Shown here piece by piece: positions 39,276-52,024 of a stretch of DNA of 64,000 nucleotides. The stretch spans positions 107,944,001 to 108,008,000 of the forward strand of contig CM059432.1 of the NCBI GenBank assembly GCA_030390025.1. The letters run 5' to 3'. How positions within the stretch are numbered: position 1 is the first letter of the stretch; each line of letters opens with the position of its first letter. The notes beneath the pieces are model-generated. The model made no database searches and was not told where the DNA came from. It saw only the letters and a program-made list of their open reading frames with translations. Made by a program: the position numbers and the translations under genes. Source of the stretch: Squalus acanthias (taxonomy: Eukaryota).

Positions 39276-39983
39276 GAGCCTTGACAATGACTGTCACATG
39301 GAGGGGGATGGGGCGGTGGGTGTGGGGGAAGTATCCGACCACGAAGATTAGTGCCATTCAGTCTGGTCCTATCTGAGCACCAGTGTCCAAACAGCAGTCG
39401 TTGGTCCGGCTTCATGACTGAGGGCCTTAACTGATTATTCCTCTCCCCCGCCCGAATGTACTGAGTATAAGGCAAAATGGCACAAGATCTTGACAAATTT
39501 ACCCCTACAGTTGGCTGGATGAGATTGGCCAACTCAGCAAAGACCAGGGATTGAACCCGGAATTTTACTAGATCGGTACCACACTGGCTACATGGATCGA
39601 AACCCCTGGGCTAATGGTCCCAGCAGTTATGCCGGGTTCGGGAACTCTGCCCCCTCCCCATCTGCAGTATGTGGGGTCAGGGGGAAGTCACCCAATCTAA
39701 ATATCCCAGGCAGTGCCCACACCACAAGGGGAAAATCCTGGGCACCTGCCTTCCCCAGGAGGTTGGGTCATGTCGGGTGGGAGGGGAGTTTGTTGGAGCC
39801 CTTGCCTGGAAAGAATTAAAGATAGCCCCCAGCGACCTCTTTGTAAGGGGGCAACACTGAAATATAAAAGCAAAAGTGCCTCCCTCTGGTTCAGGGTCCA
39901 GGCCATGCTCATGCCTGAATGTCCAATGTCACTGAAAAGGCTAGTATGCTTCTTTCTTCTTCGAAGATGCGTTAATCTCTTCC

Positions 39984-40399
39984 TAGGGTTGTCCAATAGA
40001 AATCGCTGATTAGCCACAGGTGTGGCTATGGCGACACCCTTTTAGCCACATGCACTAATTTTAGTAGAAAACGCCTTACACACACTCACACAATACAGGT
40101 AAATGTACTTCACATGTATATTTACTTAACAAACATCTATCACCATTCAGTAACCAAGGAAGCAAAGCACTCACAACGATTAAAAACACTCACGCACTCT
40201 GCTTTTCGTTTTACCATTTTACCAACAAACGCAGAAAAAGGTTAAAGTTCACATGCATATGCTGTGCGAATATGAGCATTGAGATCACATGTACAATGAC
40301 AGTGTCTATTACTCATTTTTTCTTTACTAATCAAAAATGCAATTAGCCACATCTGGATTCCTAATTAGCCACATGTGGCTAACATATTGGACAAAACTG
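39984..40399. mobile_element. Putative hAT-like MITE
   Basis: Ends tagggttgtccaata / tattggacaaaactg are imperfect inverted repeats, with repeated subterminal TAGCCACA motifs. No clear 8-bp TSD. Confidence 0.45.
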
Positions 40400-40527
40400 A
40401 TTGAGACTGAGGTCAGAGAGACTCCCAACATTCTCCTCAAGCATTATGAATATTTGAGCATCCAGTTTTTTTTGAAGGCTGTTTTTCCATTGAGCCAATG
40501 TTGTGCAACCTTCTGCAAGGAAAATGT

Positions 40528-40791
40528 CAAACTCCATGGACTCAGCAAGACTGGTGGCCCAGGAGACCATTAGAAATGGGCAATGCCCCATGGCAAACTC
40601 CATGGACTCAGCAAGACTGGTGGCCCAGGAGACCGTTAGAAATGGGCAAGGCCCCATGGCAAACTCCATGGACTCCCCAAGACTGGTGGCCCAGGAGACC
40701 GCTGGAAATGGGCAATGCCCCATGGCAAACTCCATGGACTCCCCAAGACTGGTGGCCCAGGAGACCGTTAGAAATGGGCAATGCCCCATGT
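40528..40791. repeat. 66-bp tandem repeat, 4 copies
   Basis: caaactccatggact recurs at 40528, 40594, 40660 and 40726. Confidence 0.95.
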
Positions 40792-40914
40792 CAAGAGTGC
40801 GCAATTGGAGATCCTGACTTTCATTAATGTTACAGTATGTATTCAAAAAGTGTCCTGTTCAACATAGCCTGAGAAGCAGTTTGTTTCCCCTCTCATATTT
40901 TTAATTAATTCATA

Positions 40915-41375
40915 GAAAGAAAGAATTGGCATTTATATAGCGCCTTTCATGACCTCAGGACATCCTAAAATGCTTTACAGCCAATAAAGTACTTTTTGAA
41001 GTGTAGTCATTGTTGTAATGTAGGGAAACACGGCAGCCAATTTGCACACAGCAAGGTTTCATAAACAGCAATGAGCTAACAACCAGATAATTTGTTTTAG
41101 GTGATGTTGGTTGAGGGATAAATATTGGCCAGGACACTGAGAGAACTCCCTTGCTCTTCTTTGAAAAGTGCAGTGGGATCTTTTACTTCCACCTTTGAGG
41201 GCAGACGAAGCCTCAGTTTAACATCTCATCCGAAATACAGCACCTCCAACAGTGCAGCACTCCCTCAGTACTGTACTGAAGTGTCAGCCTGGATTATGTG
41301 CTCAAGTTTCTGGGGTGGGATTTGAACCCACAACCTTCTGACACACAGGCAGGAGTGCTACGACTGAGCCAAGGC
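40915..41375 (-). mobile_element. Near full-length tRNA-derived Deu-type SINE (SacSINE1-like)
   Basis: Minus strand: A box tggctcagtcg, B box ggttcaaatcc, L2-like tail gcgctatataaatgc...ttctttctt. Confidence 0.78.
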
Positions 41376-41846
41376 CAACACATGTAATACAGAGTCCTCC
41401 TTTCAAGTCTCATGGCTTTAAAATCAGTTCATAATTCTCTATAGCACCCAACACATACTCAGAGGACACCCAAATTTCCCCTCTAGGACTGTGGAAACTT
41501 TAAAGAAAAATTTGTGAAGTATACAACCAGCGCGTTATAGGGCAAATTCAGGAGTCCTGTGCTCTGAGTGGGGAGCCACCCTTGACAGGAGTGAAAGTTG
41601 GACAATCGGGAAGGAGGAGGTAGGCCGGCCCAATTTGCAGCCCTTCCTACTATTTCCCTCTTGAACAAAACATTGGGAGGGCTTCACAAGAAGTGCGCTG
41701 ACCTCCTCCATGCCCGAATGTCTGATCTGCCGCTCGGGCTGCAAGTTGGAAGCTCTAATTTATTAAAATGTACCAGCAGAACTGAGCTGATTGTGCATGA
41801 GACCATCTCCGAAGGGGGACTGTATTGTTTACCAGAGATGTCTTAC

Positions 41847-41879
41847 CTGTGTGAATCCATTAAAAGCAGCACTGGGCAT
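41847..41879 (-). CDS. AMPH: Amphiphysin 33-nt exon MPSAAFNGFTQ
   Basis: cttctttctccgttggttccag|ATG CCC AGT GCT GCT TTT AAT GGA TTC ACA CAG|gtaaga. Human AMPH has ASGGSFNGFTQ. Confidence 0.92.
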
Positions 41880-42132
41880 CTGGAACCAACGGAGAAAGAA
41901 GTGAAATATTGGGTTATAATCAAGTACTGATCACTCCAGACACGATAACACACATGACAGGTATTATTTTTGCTATTTATTATGACATGTCCTTTGGGAG
42001 GAATAACAGAACAACAGACGGTTGAAGGAAAGGGATGAATCAAGGATCATAATGAAGCTATAGCTGTTATTTTACAATGATATTTAGTCATACCTAATAA
42101 TTTTTTTCTACACTAAACACTTGACAAGGTAC

Positions 42133-43794
42133 CTCTTCTCTTTCAGCATCTAGCTCCTGGTATAACAGTCCGTATCTCCGGTTAGCAATCTCATCTTCCG
42201 ATAGATCCGAGAAGTTTGTTTCATTATCTTTAGGGCTGGATGAACTCTCGTTGCTAGCGTTGCTTAAGTTCTCGATTGGATAGGGCATTTGGGGGCTATG
42301 TGTATCTTTAGCTCGGTCTCCCTCACTAGTGCTTTCATTGTCCCCACGCAAGTCCTGCTGTAACTGTGCTTCCTCATTCTGACCAGAACCACGCAGCACG
42401 TTTCCAGCCCCTGTAGTACCAAATTCATCAGAATCTGGTGTAGGACAAAAACTGACATTCTCATTAAACCCTTTCCAAAGATGTGCTTTTCCATCTCTGT
42501 TTGGGTCACTGATCTCCCCTTGCCCCTCCTGAAATGGTGGCCAAGGATCAAATCCATTAGTCTGGCCTTCTGGCAGGCTAGAGAAACCCCACTCATTGCT
42601 GCTAACAGTAGGCTCCCAGTTTTCTGGCCATATCTCATGCTTTTCTCTGCTCCAGGGGTCCGACTCCAGGCTTTGAGGGGCAAATTTATTGCCATCACCA
42701 ATCTCTCTGTGGAATGTATCTGCTCGATTCACAATTGGGATATCAGTATGCGTTTCATCTGTTCGGCTAGTTTCCTTTTCTGTGTTAGTTGTGTTACCTG
42801 TTTCATTGTTCCTTGCGTTAATTGGTTCAAACTGGTTCTCCGCATCCTGAGACTGACCTGATCTGTCTGTATCGTGACGGCTAATACCAATTGTGTCATC
42901 TTGAAGGGCGAGGATTTGGTCCCCTTCACAACTGCAAACAACTCCCTCTATTTCCTGGTTACCAGGAGTATCATCATTCCCACACATAACAGGGATGTCC
43001 TCATTCTCCTGGCTATCTGGAATGTCATCACTTTCATGGTTAAGTGGAATTCCAGCCTTTGAACAATGACCAGCAGTCTCATCATTTTGATAGTTTCTGG
43101 GGATGTCACTGTGCTGATGACTCTCACTGAGGTTCAACTCTTCCATTTCTGCATCATTTTCCCCAGGGCCCTCGTCTGTGTGGATTTCGGTCTCATGAAT
43201 CTTGCCTGCATTCTCTACTACCCCATGTCCCGGTTGTGCTACTGAATCACATTGTTCAAAACTGTATTCATTACTTATCTGTCCGAACTCACTCACACTT
43301 TCCCCTTCAACCAGTTCTATACCTCCATCCTGGGGTACAATAGGAGCCAAGGATGTCTTCTGATCTACACAGAATTCAGAGCCACACTCTAGTTCCACAC
43401 ACAGATTTGTCTGCCAACACCTGCTCTCCATTACTTCAGTGTCTACCTGTTCGCCTAATGGATTCTCCTGCCAACTCTCTGCATTGACTGAACCCTGTTC
43501 CTCTTCCTCAGCCTGATACACAGGGTTCGCAATGCTATCAGCTGATTGGTCAGTACAGCTCCCTGCAGTCTCCTGTTCCTGAGCACATGGCTGAGCTTCG
43601 TCGTGAGAACCATCTAGAGCGCTTTCCTCTCTGCTATCGAGTGGGCCAGTGTCCGTTAACCCCCACTGCGGCGTACAGTTCTGGCTGGCCGCTACTTCAG
43701 AAATTGCTGTAGTAACGTCGCTTGCTGTGCCAGCGTCTGTGCTGTCCTCCGCGGCCGGGTTACAGAGAGAGAAGAGACTTTTTGAAGAGTCGGG
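42133..43794 (-). CDS. AMPH: Large acidic cassette exon of amphiphysin (1662 nt, 554 aa, phase 0-0), probable counterpart of the retina-type amphiphysin Ir insert
   Basis: Stop-free non-repetitive ORF bounded by cattttctgtctaaag|CCC GAC and GAA GAG|gtacct. It sits in frame between the STELVQP and FNGFTQ exons and contains two DPW motifs and WKGF. Confidence 0.82.
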
Positions 43795-44311
43795 CTTTAG
43801 ACAGAAAATGAGTGAAGACAGATATAAAAAGATAGTAGAAGCAGAGATGAAAAAAAAGCAAATAAAAATCAACACAAATTTTTTCCACACGATAAAATAA
43901 GTTAAAGTAAATGATATAAAAACACGTGATAGAGATCCCAGAATTATGAAATGCTAAATATCGGGATTCTAGGGTCAGGTGTTGGTGAAGAGCAGGCGCT
44001 GTGGGATCACGGTTTCTTGGTCAGTGCTCCCCACAAGTCCTATTCCACACCCGGAGCACCTGACCGCAGATCCCCCCCATTATAGGAAATTCATTAAATG
44101 GAATAAATTGCATGCAGTAAACAGGCGCAAATTTACCTTAATAAAAGCTCAATAAATCTCGCAAAGATGAAAGCGTAAAATCGAGTTGGTGTAAAAATAG
44201 TTGCACCATGTGAGAGAATATGCCATAAAAAGTACACCATTCTCTTAGAGATTAGAGAGAAGTTATCTTTAGCACACTGCAAATGATAAGGAAATGAGGA
44301 GATATACTCAC

Positions 44312-44335
44312 AGGCTGAACCAGTTCTGTGCTTGC
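44312..44335 (-). CDS. AMPH: Amphiphysin 24-nt micro-exon ASTELVQP
   Basis: tttttgtttatctcaag|GCA AGC ACA GAA CTG GTT CAG CCT|gtgagt. Human AMPH has TSTDLVQP directly after PWDLWT. Confidence 0.9.
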
Positions 44336-44627
44336 CTTGAGATAAACAAAAATTAGTGTAAAAAAAAGCACCGAGGGCCTTGTCTGCAGTCACCATACAC
44401 TGGGCTTTTTCACACTTGTCTTACTACGTAGTCCTGTCTCACAGTCCAAGATACTTTCAATATTAAATGCAATGCAGAAATACGCTCAATTGCAGCACAA
44501 TTTAACAGGCTCCCAAAATCTGACATCTCATGCTTCTGCTGTAACTTCTAAAGATTGAATTCTCAGCTTATTTTTGAATGTTCTTTTGTGTTTGTTGTGT
44601 ATTTAGTATTCCATCCTATGTTTTTTT

Positions 44628-45555
44628 TTATTCGTTCTTGGGATGTGGGTGTCGCTGGCAAGGCCAGCATTTATTGCCCATCCTCAATTGCCTTTGAGAA
44701 GGTGGTGGTGAGCCGTCTTCTTGAACCGCTGCACTCTATGTGGTGAAGGTACTCCCACAGTGCTGTTAGGGAGGGAGTTCCAGGATTTTGCCCCAACGAC
44801 TATGAAGGAACGGCGATATATTTCCAAGTCAGGATGGTGTGTGACTTGGAAGGGAACCTGGAGGTGGTGGTGTTCCCATGCGCCTGCTGACCATGACTTT
44901 CTAGGTGGTAGAGGTCGCGGGTTTGGGAGGTGCTGTCGAAGAAGCATTGGCGAGTTGCTGCAGTGCATCTTGTAGATGGTACACACTGCAGCCACGGTAC
45001 GCTGGTGGTGGAGGGAGTGAATGTTTAAGGTGGTGGATGGGGTGTCAATCAAGCGGGCTGCTTTGTCCTGGATGGTGTCGAGCTTCTTGAGTGTTGTTGG
45101 AGCTGCACTCATCCAGGCAAGTGGAGAGTATTCCATCACACTCCTGACTTGTCCCTTGTAGATGGTGGAAAGGCTTTGGGGAGTCAGGAGGTGAGACACT
45201 CTCTACAGAATACCCAGCCTCTGACTTGCTCTTGTAGCCACAGTATTTATGTAGCTGGTCCAATTAATTTTCTGGTCAATGGTGACCCCCAGGATGTTGA
45301 TGGTGGGGGATTCGGCGATGGTAATGCCGTTGAATATCAAGGGGCAGTGGTTAAACTCTCTCTTGTTGGAGATAGTCATTGCCTGGCACTTGTGTGGCAT
45401 AAATGTTACTTGCCACTTATCAGCCCAAGCCTGAATGTCGTCCAGGTCTTGCTGCATTCGGGCATGGACTGCTTCATTATCTGAGGAGTTGCGAATGGAA
45501 CTGAACACTGTGCAATCATCAGCAAACATCCCCACTTCTGACCTTATGATGGAGT
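44628..45555 (-). mobile_element. HER1-like LINE 3' portion
   Basis: MFADDCTVF...WADKWQVTF reverse transcriptase motifs and C-terminal ORF 44684-45199. Confidence 0.85.
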
Positions 45556-45915
45556 TTTATTTTTGGAGTGAACATTGAGAAGAGAAACTTGGATGGAGTG
45601 TTTATTTACAACAACAGTCGACAATTCAAAATGTATAAGAGGATTGGACTCCAGCTGAATCGCATGTTAAGGTATGTTGCAGTATTCTGTAAGAAAGTCC
45701 ATTTCTCCCAGGATATCACCAGAGCTCTCCATTTTAACAAATATTAAAAAAATTAAGAGAAGTGAAACAAAACTGATGCTAATGATAGTTCTTGGGCTAG
45801 AAATTCGGCTCCGTAGCGCCCGATTGATTTATTTGGTGCTACGGGTGCTGTTTTGTGAACAAAAATGGCGTACATGCACACTGCCGCGTGCCACGCCGGA
45901 TGCTATCTTGGTGAT

Positions 45916-46505
45916 GAACATAAGAACATAAGAAATAGGAGCAGGAGTAGGCCATTCGGCCCTTCGAGCCTGCTCCGCCATTCAATAAGATCATGGCTGA
46001 TCTTCTGCCTCAACTCCATTCACCGGCCCGATCGCCATATCCCTTGATGCCTTTACTAGTCAGAAATCTATCGACTTCTGTTTTGAATATACCCAATGAC
46101 TGAGCCTCCACAGCCCTCTGGGGTAGAGAATTCCAAAGATTCACCACCCTCTGTGAAGAAATTTCTTCTCATCTCAGTCCTGAATGGCCTACCCTTTATC
46201 CTGAGGCTGTGGCCCCTGGTTCTAGACTCCGCAGCCAAGGGAAACATTCTCCCAGCATCCACCCTATCAAGCCCTGTAATAATTTTGTATGCTTCAATGA
46301 GATCCCCTCTCATTCTTCTGAATTCAAGAGAATACAGGCCTACCTAGTTTACTAAATCTCTTCTCATACGACTGTCCCGCCATCCCAGGAATCAATCTCG
46401 TGAACCTTCGTTGCACTCCCTCTATGGCAAGTATATCCTTCCTTAGGTAAGGAGACCAAAATTGTACACAGTATTCCAGGTGTGGTCTCACCAAGGCCCT
46501 ATTCA
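45916..46505 (-). mobile_element. CR1 3' fragment
   Basis: RALVRPHLEYCVQFWSP and MRGDLIE peptides. (CTTATGTT)n tail. Confidence 0.9.
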
Positions 46506-47156
46506 ATTTTCAATTTCAATTTTACTAGGGCTCCTTGATGTCACACTCGGTTAAATGCTGCCTTGATGTCAAGGGCAGTCACTTTTACCTCATCTCTGGA
46601 ATTCAGCTCTTTTGTCCATGTTTGGACCAAGGCTGTAATGAGGTCGGGAGGCTAGTGGTCCTGGCGGAACCCAAACTGTCAATGGATGAGCAGCCTGTCA
46701 GTCGAGTGGCATGTTGTGAAGAGTCAGCAAGATATTAAACTACAACGAGTTTAAAAATATATCAGTGTCATTGCTGCCTCTTAAAATAATCCATTAATTT
46801 GCAGCCTTCCCGCAGCCAATCAGACTGTGCTAAATGATCCTCTATGTTAGATAACAGTCCTGTTTATCGCAGGGTGCATGGAATTCCACATTTTCTCTAA
46901 GCAGTTTGCAGCACTAGCTTCATTGTGCTGGGTTTGAATTAGATTTCTCAAACTGACAACCATTTTCATCCGGCTAAATGCAAAGAGCCAAATGATATGG
47001 GAACTTCCCGTTCCGAGATTTGAAATGAATAACTCATTGTGCCTTCTAAAGAACAGCTCTGACAAGAAAAGCTCCGTATGAAGACTTCCTAGAAAGTGGC
47101 AAAAGATTAAACCTGAAAATAAGTCGGATTTCAAATGGAAAATAAAGTGTTCCTAC

Positions 47157-47180
47157 CTCCCACAGATCCCAAGGAAGGGT
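47157..47180 (-). CDS. AMPH: Amphiphysin 24-nt micro-exon TLPWDLWE (clathrin W-box PWDLW)
   Basis: ttctctccctttttaatccacattcag|ACC CTT CCT TGG GAT CTG TGG GAG|gtagga. Human AMPH has TLPWDLWT at this position. Confidence 0.93.
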
Positions 47181-47309
47181 CTGAATGTGGATTAAAAAGG
47201 GAGAGAAGCACAAAAACATTAAAACAGTACGAATGATTTTGCAGAAATCAGAAAAATATATTGTTATTTTCCATTTATAGCATGAAATCAGGGCCCGTCC
47301 ATAATACAA

Positions 47310-48045
47310 CAATAACTACATTTATTTAGCACTTTAACGCAGAATATTGTCCCAAGATGTTTCACAGAGAAATAATCAATCAATGACTGCCGAGCCAAAG
47401 AAGGAGCTATCAGGAGGGGCGACTAAAAGCTTGGCTAAAGAGTTAGGTTTTAAGGAGGGTCTTAAAGTAGGAGAGGGAGGTGGAGGGTTTTAGGGAGGGA
47501 ATTCCACAGCGTAGGGCCTAGATGGTTAAAGGCACAGCGCCAATGGTGGGGCAAAGGGAGAGGGGCCGAACAGATGCCAGTGTTAGAGGGATAGAGAGTT
47601 CAAAGAGACAGGAAGGTTATAGGTCAGGAGGAAGTTACAGAGACAAGGCGGGGTGGGGCTATGAAGGGATTTAAGGTGAGGTGTTGGGGATTGGCAGCCA
47701 ATGTAGATCAGTGAGGGTAAGAGTAATGGGTGAGAGGGACCTGGTGTGGGATAGAATATGGGCTGGAAGGTCAAAGTTTACAGAGGATGGAGGACCTGCC
47801 AGGAGAGAATAGTCGAGTCTGGAGGAATAGATAAGGTTTCAGCGGCAGATGTCCTGAGGCAGGGACGGAGGTAGGCGATGTCGCAGAGATGGAAGTAGGC
47901 CCTTTTTGTGATGGAAAGGATCTGGGGTCAGAAGCTCAGCTCAGTGCTGAATAGAACACTGAGGTTGCAAACAGTCTGGTTTAGCCTGAGACACTGGGAG
48001 GGGAATGGAATCGGTGGTGAAGGTATGGAGTTTGTGGTGAGGGCT
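47310..48045 (-). mobile_element. Degraded L2-like LINE 3' portion
   Basis: Reverse-complement similarity to 37690-38080 and 39128-39275. Confidence 0.6.
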
Positions 48046-48872
48046 GTTGTTATTCATCCGTATTGAAAAGTGTTTATTTCTCATTAAGGCCTTGAATTTA
48101 TGTGGGGTTATACGCCATTTCTCCGGGGGTTCCACCAATCTTCCGTTGGAGAAGCTCCTCGGAAATTCCAGGCATAAGTGTCAAAACGTTACAAGGGTTT
48201 TGAATGATCGTTGAATCGATGATTGGCACCATATTCATTACACTTGCCTTTCAAAATTGAAAATAATCATCATCATGAGCAGCCAGAACAAAAAGGTAAT
48301 TTCCAAACCTTGTCAATGGAAACCAGCTGATGGATTACTGTTCGAGAGACCCATCTAATACATGGATGCAACAATAAGGAACAATCCCCTGTGGAATTTT
48401 TGTCCCCAGTTAACTGGAGTGTTCATTTGCCTGCCCAATATCAAGTCAGACCTCAAGAATCGAATAGAGAATCTTTGCCACTGTATGGAATACCACTTGC
48501 AGCCACCTCACCTCGGCTGTTTGGGAGATGGATGAATAGCCATTCTATCAGATAGAGCCTCAGGTTATAAACCAACAGACAAATGTATTTAACATTAAAC
48601 AGGTAAATGAATAGTACTGTAATTATAATCTTTACCATTCTCTTCAAAATGACAAAGTAACCAAATGCTTCTCCTTACTAAGCCTCAATGTAAAATTAAT
48701 CTTTGAAACACAATTGCTCACTTCTTATGTGGTGAAGCGTTACCATAATGCCAGAGTGGCCCATTCTCTCTGCTGGCTTCAGACTGACTGCTGAGCTGAG
48801 CCCATGTGGGCTACTAAAAGCCCACAGTTAGAAACACCTGGTCACAGAGCTGTCTGTCAAAGGGGCTGCAAA

Positions 48873-51031
48873 GAGGCCCAGCCACCCATCGACCTGAGGC
48901 CCACCCACATAGACCTGAGGCCCACCCACATAGACCTGAGGCCCAGCCACATAGACCTGAGGCCCAGCCACCCATAGACCTGAGCCCAGCCACATAGACC
49001 TGAGGCCCAGCCACCCATAGACCTGAGGCCCAGCCACCCATAGACCTGAAGCCCAGCCACCCATAGACCTGAGGCCCAGCCACCCATAGACCTGAGGCCC
49101 AGCCACCCATAGACCTGAGGCCAAGCCATAGACCTGAGGCCCAGCCACATAGATCTGAGGCCCAGCCACATAGACCTGAGGCCCAGCCACCCATCGACCT
49201 GAGGCCCAGCCATAGACCTGAGGCCCAGCCGCCCATAGACCTGAGGCCCAGCCGCCCATAGACCAGAGGCCCAGCCATAGACCTGAGGCCCAGCCGCCCA
49301 TAGACCTGAGGCCCAGCCACATAGACCTGAGGCCCAGCCGCCCATAGACCTGAGGCCCACCCACATAGACCTGAGGCCCAGCCACATAGACCTGAGGCCC
49401 AGCCACCCATAGACCTGAGGCCCAGCCACCCATAGACCTGAGGCCCAGCCATAGACCTGAGGCCCAGCCACATAGACCTGAGGCCCAGCCACATAGACCT
49501 GAGGCCCAGCCACATAGACCTGAGGCCCAGCCACCCATAGACCTGAGCCCAGCCACATAGACCTGAGGCCCAGCCACCCATAGACCTGAGGCCCAGCCAC
49601 CCATAGACCTGAAGCCCAGCCACCCATAGACCTGAGGCCCAGCCACCCATAGACCTGAGGCCCAGCCACCCATAGACCTGAGGCCAAGCCATAGACCTGA
49701 GGCCCAGCCACATAGATCTGAGGCCCAGCCACATAGACCTGAGGCCCAGCCACCCATCGACCTGAGGCCCAGCCATAGACCTGAGGCCCAGCCGCCCATA
49801 GACCTGAGGCCCAGCCGCCCATAGACCAGAGGCCCAGCCATAGACCTGAGGCCCAGCCGCCCATAGACCTGAGGCCCAGCCACATAGACCTGAGGCCCAG
49901 CCGCCCATAGACCTGAGGCCCACCCACATAGACCTGAGGCCCAGCCACATAGACCTGAGGCCCAGCCACCCATAGACCTGAGGCCCAGCCACCCATAGAC
50001 CTGAGGCCCAGCCATAGACCTGAGGCCCAGCCACATAGACCTGAGGCCCAGCCACATAGACCTGAGGCCCAGCCACCCATAGACCTGAGGCCCAGCCATA
50101 GACCTGAGGCCCAGCCGCCCATAGACCTGAGGCCCAGCCACATAGACCTGAGGCCCACCCACATAGACCTGAGGCCCAGCCATAGACCTGAGGCCCAGCC
50201 GCCCATAGACCTGAGGCCCAGCCACCCATAGACCTGAGGCCCAGCCACCCATAGACCTGAGGCCCAGCCGCCCATAGACCTGAGGCCCACCAACATAGAC
50301 CTGAGGCCCAGCCACAGAGACCTGAGGCCCAGCCACCCATAGACCTGAGGCCCAGCCACCCATAGACCTGAGGCCCAGCCATAGCCCTGAGGCCCAGCCA
50401 CATAGACCTGAGGCCCAGCCACATAGACCTGAGGCCCAGCCACCCATAGACCTGAGGCCCAGCCATAGACCTGAGGCCCAGCCGCCCATAGACCTGAGGC
50501 CCAGCCACATAGACCTGAGGCCCAGCCGCCCATAGACCTGAGGCCCACCCACATAGACCTGAGGCCCAGCCACATAGACCTGAGGCCCAGCCACATAGAC
50601 CTGAGGCCCAGCCACCCATAGACCTGAGGCCCAGCCATAGACCTGAGGCCCAGCCGCCCATAGATCTGAGGCCCACCCACATAGACCTGAGGCCCAGCCA
50701 CATAGACCTGAGGCCCAGCCACCCATAGACCTGAGGCCCAGCCATAGACCTGAGGCCCAGCCACCCATAGACCTGAGGCCCACCCATAGACCTGAGGCCC
50801 AGCCACCCATAGACCTGAGGCCCACCCATAGACCTGAGGCCCAGCCACCCATAGACCTGAGGCCCAGCCATAGACCTGAGGCCCAGCCATAGACCTGAGG
50901 CCCAGCCGCCCATAGACCTGAGCCCAGCCACCCATAGACCTGAGGCCCACCCATAGACCTGAGGCCCAGCCACCCATAGACCTGAGGCCCAGCCACCCAT
51001 AGACCTGAGGCCCAGCCACCCATAGACCTGA
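48873..51031. repeat. Minisatellite with 19/21/23-bp variants of AGACCTGAGGCCCAGCC(A/G)CCCAT
   Basis: Directly visible tandem array of about 100 units. Confidence 0.98.
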
Positions 51032-51087
51032 CCCAAGTCTTTACCCAAGTCACAGCTTCCAATTCAAATCACTACCCCAGGATGTCA

Positions 51088-51255
51088 ATCATAGAATCTT
51101 ACAGCACAGAAGGAGGTTCTTTGAAAGAGCTTTCCAATTAGCCCCACTCCCCCACTCTTTCCCTGTAGCCCTGCAATTTTTCCTTTTCAAGTACATATCC
51201 AATTCCCTTTTGAAAGTCACTACTGAATCTGCTTCCATCACCCTTTCAGGTAGCA
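51088..51255 (-). mobile_element. Short CR1 3' fragment
   Basis: atcatagaatc tail; similar to 58348-58550. Confidence 0.7.
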
Positions 51256-52024
51256 GAAACTACACAGTGAGGGGGGGGGGTTAAATTAGGCAAGTCACTT
51301 AGTCCCTCTGATCCCGCTACCTTCCCGCCATGTTCCGATATTAACCTGCTCTTTTGAGCAGGACGCCCACAGGAAGGAAGTAGGAACTTTCTTTAACTGT
51401 GCAGATGTGTCTGATGATGTCATCAGACCCCCATCTGCAATTTTAGTTGAAGGTCTGAGCGAGGGGAACAATGATGGCTTCTCCCTCAGGCAAACCTGTG
51501 GGAACCAGATCGTGGACCAGAAGAGGCCCAGAAGGTAAGTTTAAAAGCTTTATTTTAGGTTTCCTTGTGGGTCAGGTGAAGCAGGAGTGCTCCTCCGGGT
51601 CTATCAAGGAAGCCTTGGGCCTCCCTTGTGCCTTGGGGCTACTCCACTCCCGATCTTTGACCGATCCTTTCCCCCACCCCTCTCCTGTCCTGATCCTTGC
51701 TATTGGCTTCTCCCCCTCCTGATCCTTGTTAAAGGCTTCTCCCCCTCCCGATCCTGCCCAGAGCCTTACACACCCCCACTGTTCACACGGGCCCCCGGCT
51801 CAGGCCTCCTGCCGCCAGATATCCACTTCCACTCACTGGACAGGTAGACAATCTAGCTGGTTGTTGGGCGGAACACTGCAGAGATTTATTTAAATGAGGC
51901 CCTGCCGGGTTCACCATCTGCTATCGGGCTGCCCGGCACCCTTCACCCCTTCCCCACCCATGAAAATCGAGGTCGTGGCTTTTGCTGGATTTTTCTCAAG
52001 GTCCATTTTTACTAACACAATATT

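Noticed and set aside
41320..41372. tRNA gene
   Set aside because: The A and B boxes belong to a SINE head; no complete cloverleaf.
43795..43890. Hydrophobic 'signal peptide' at the start of the 598-aa ORF, suggesting a standalone secreted protein
   Set aside because: It is the translated polypyrimidine tract upstream of the acceptor at 43795.
44238..44243. 6-nt micro-exon ctaag|AGAATG|gtgtac before the large exon
   Set aside because: Weak donor and too short to support from sequence alone.
48814..51062. Three 720-744-aa Trp/Gly-rich ORFs
   Set aside because: Translations of a minisatellite whose 19/21/23-bp units cycle through frames; not genes.
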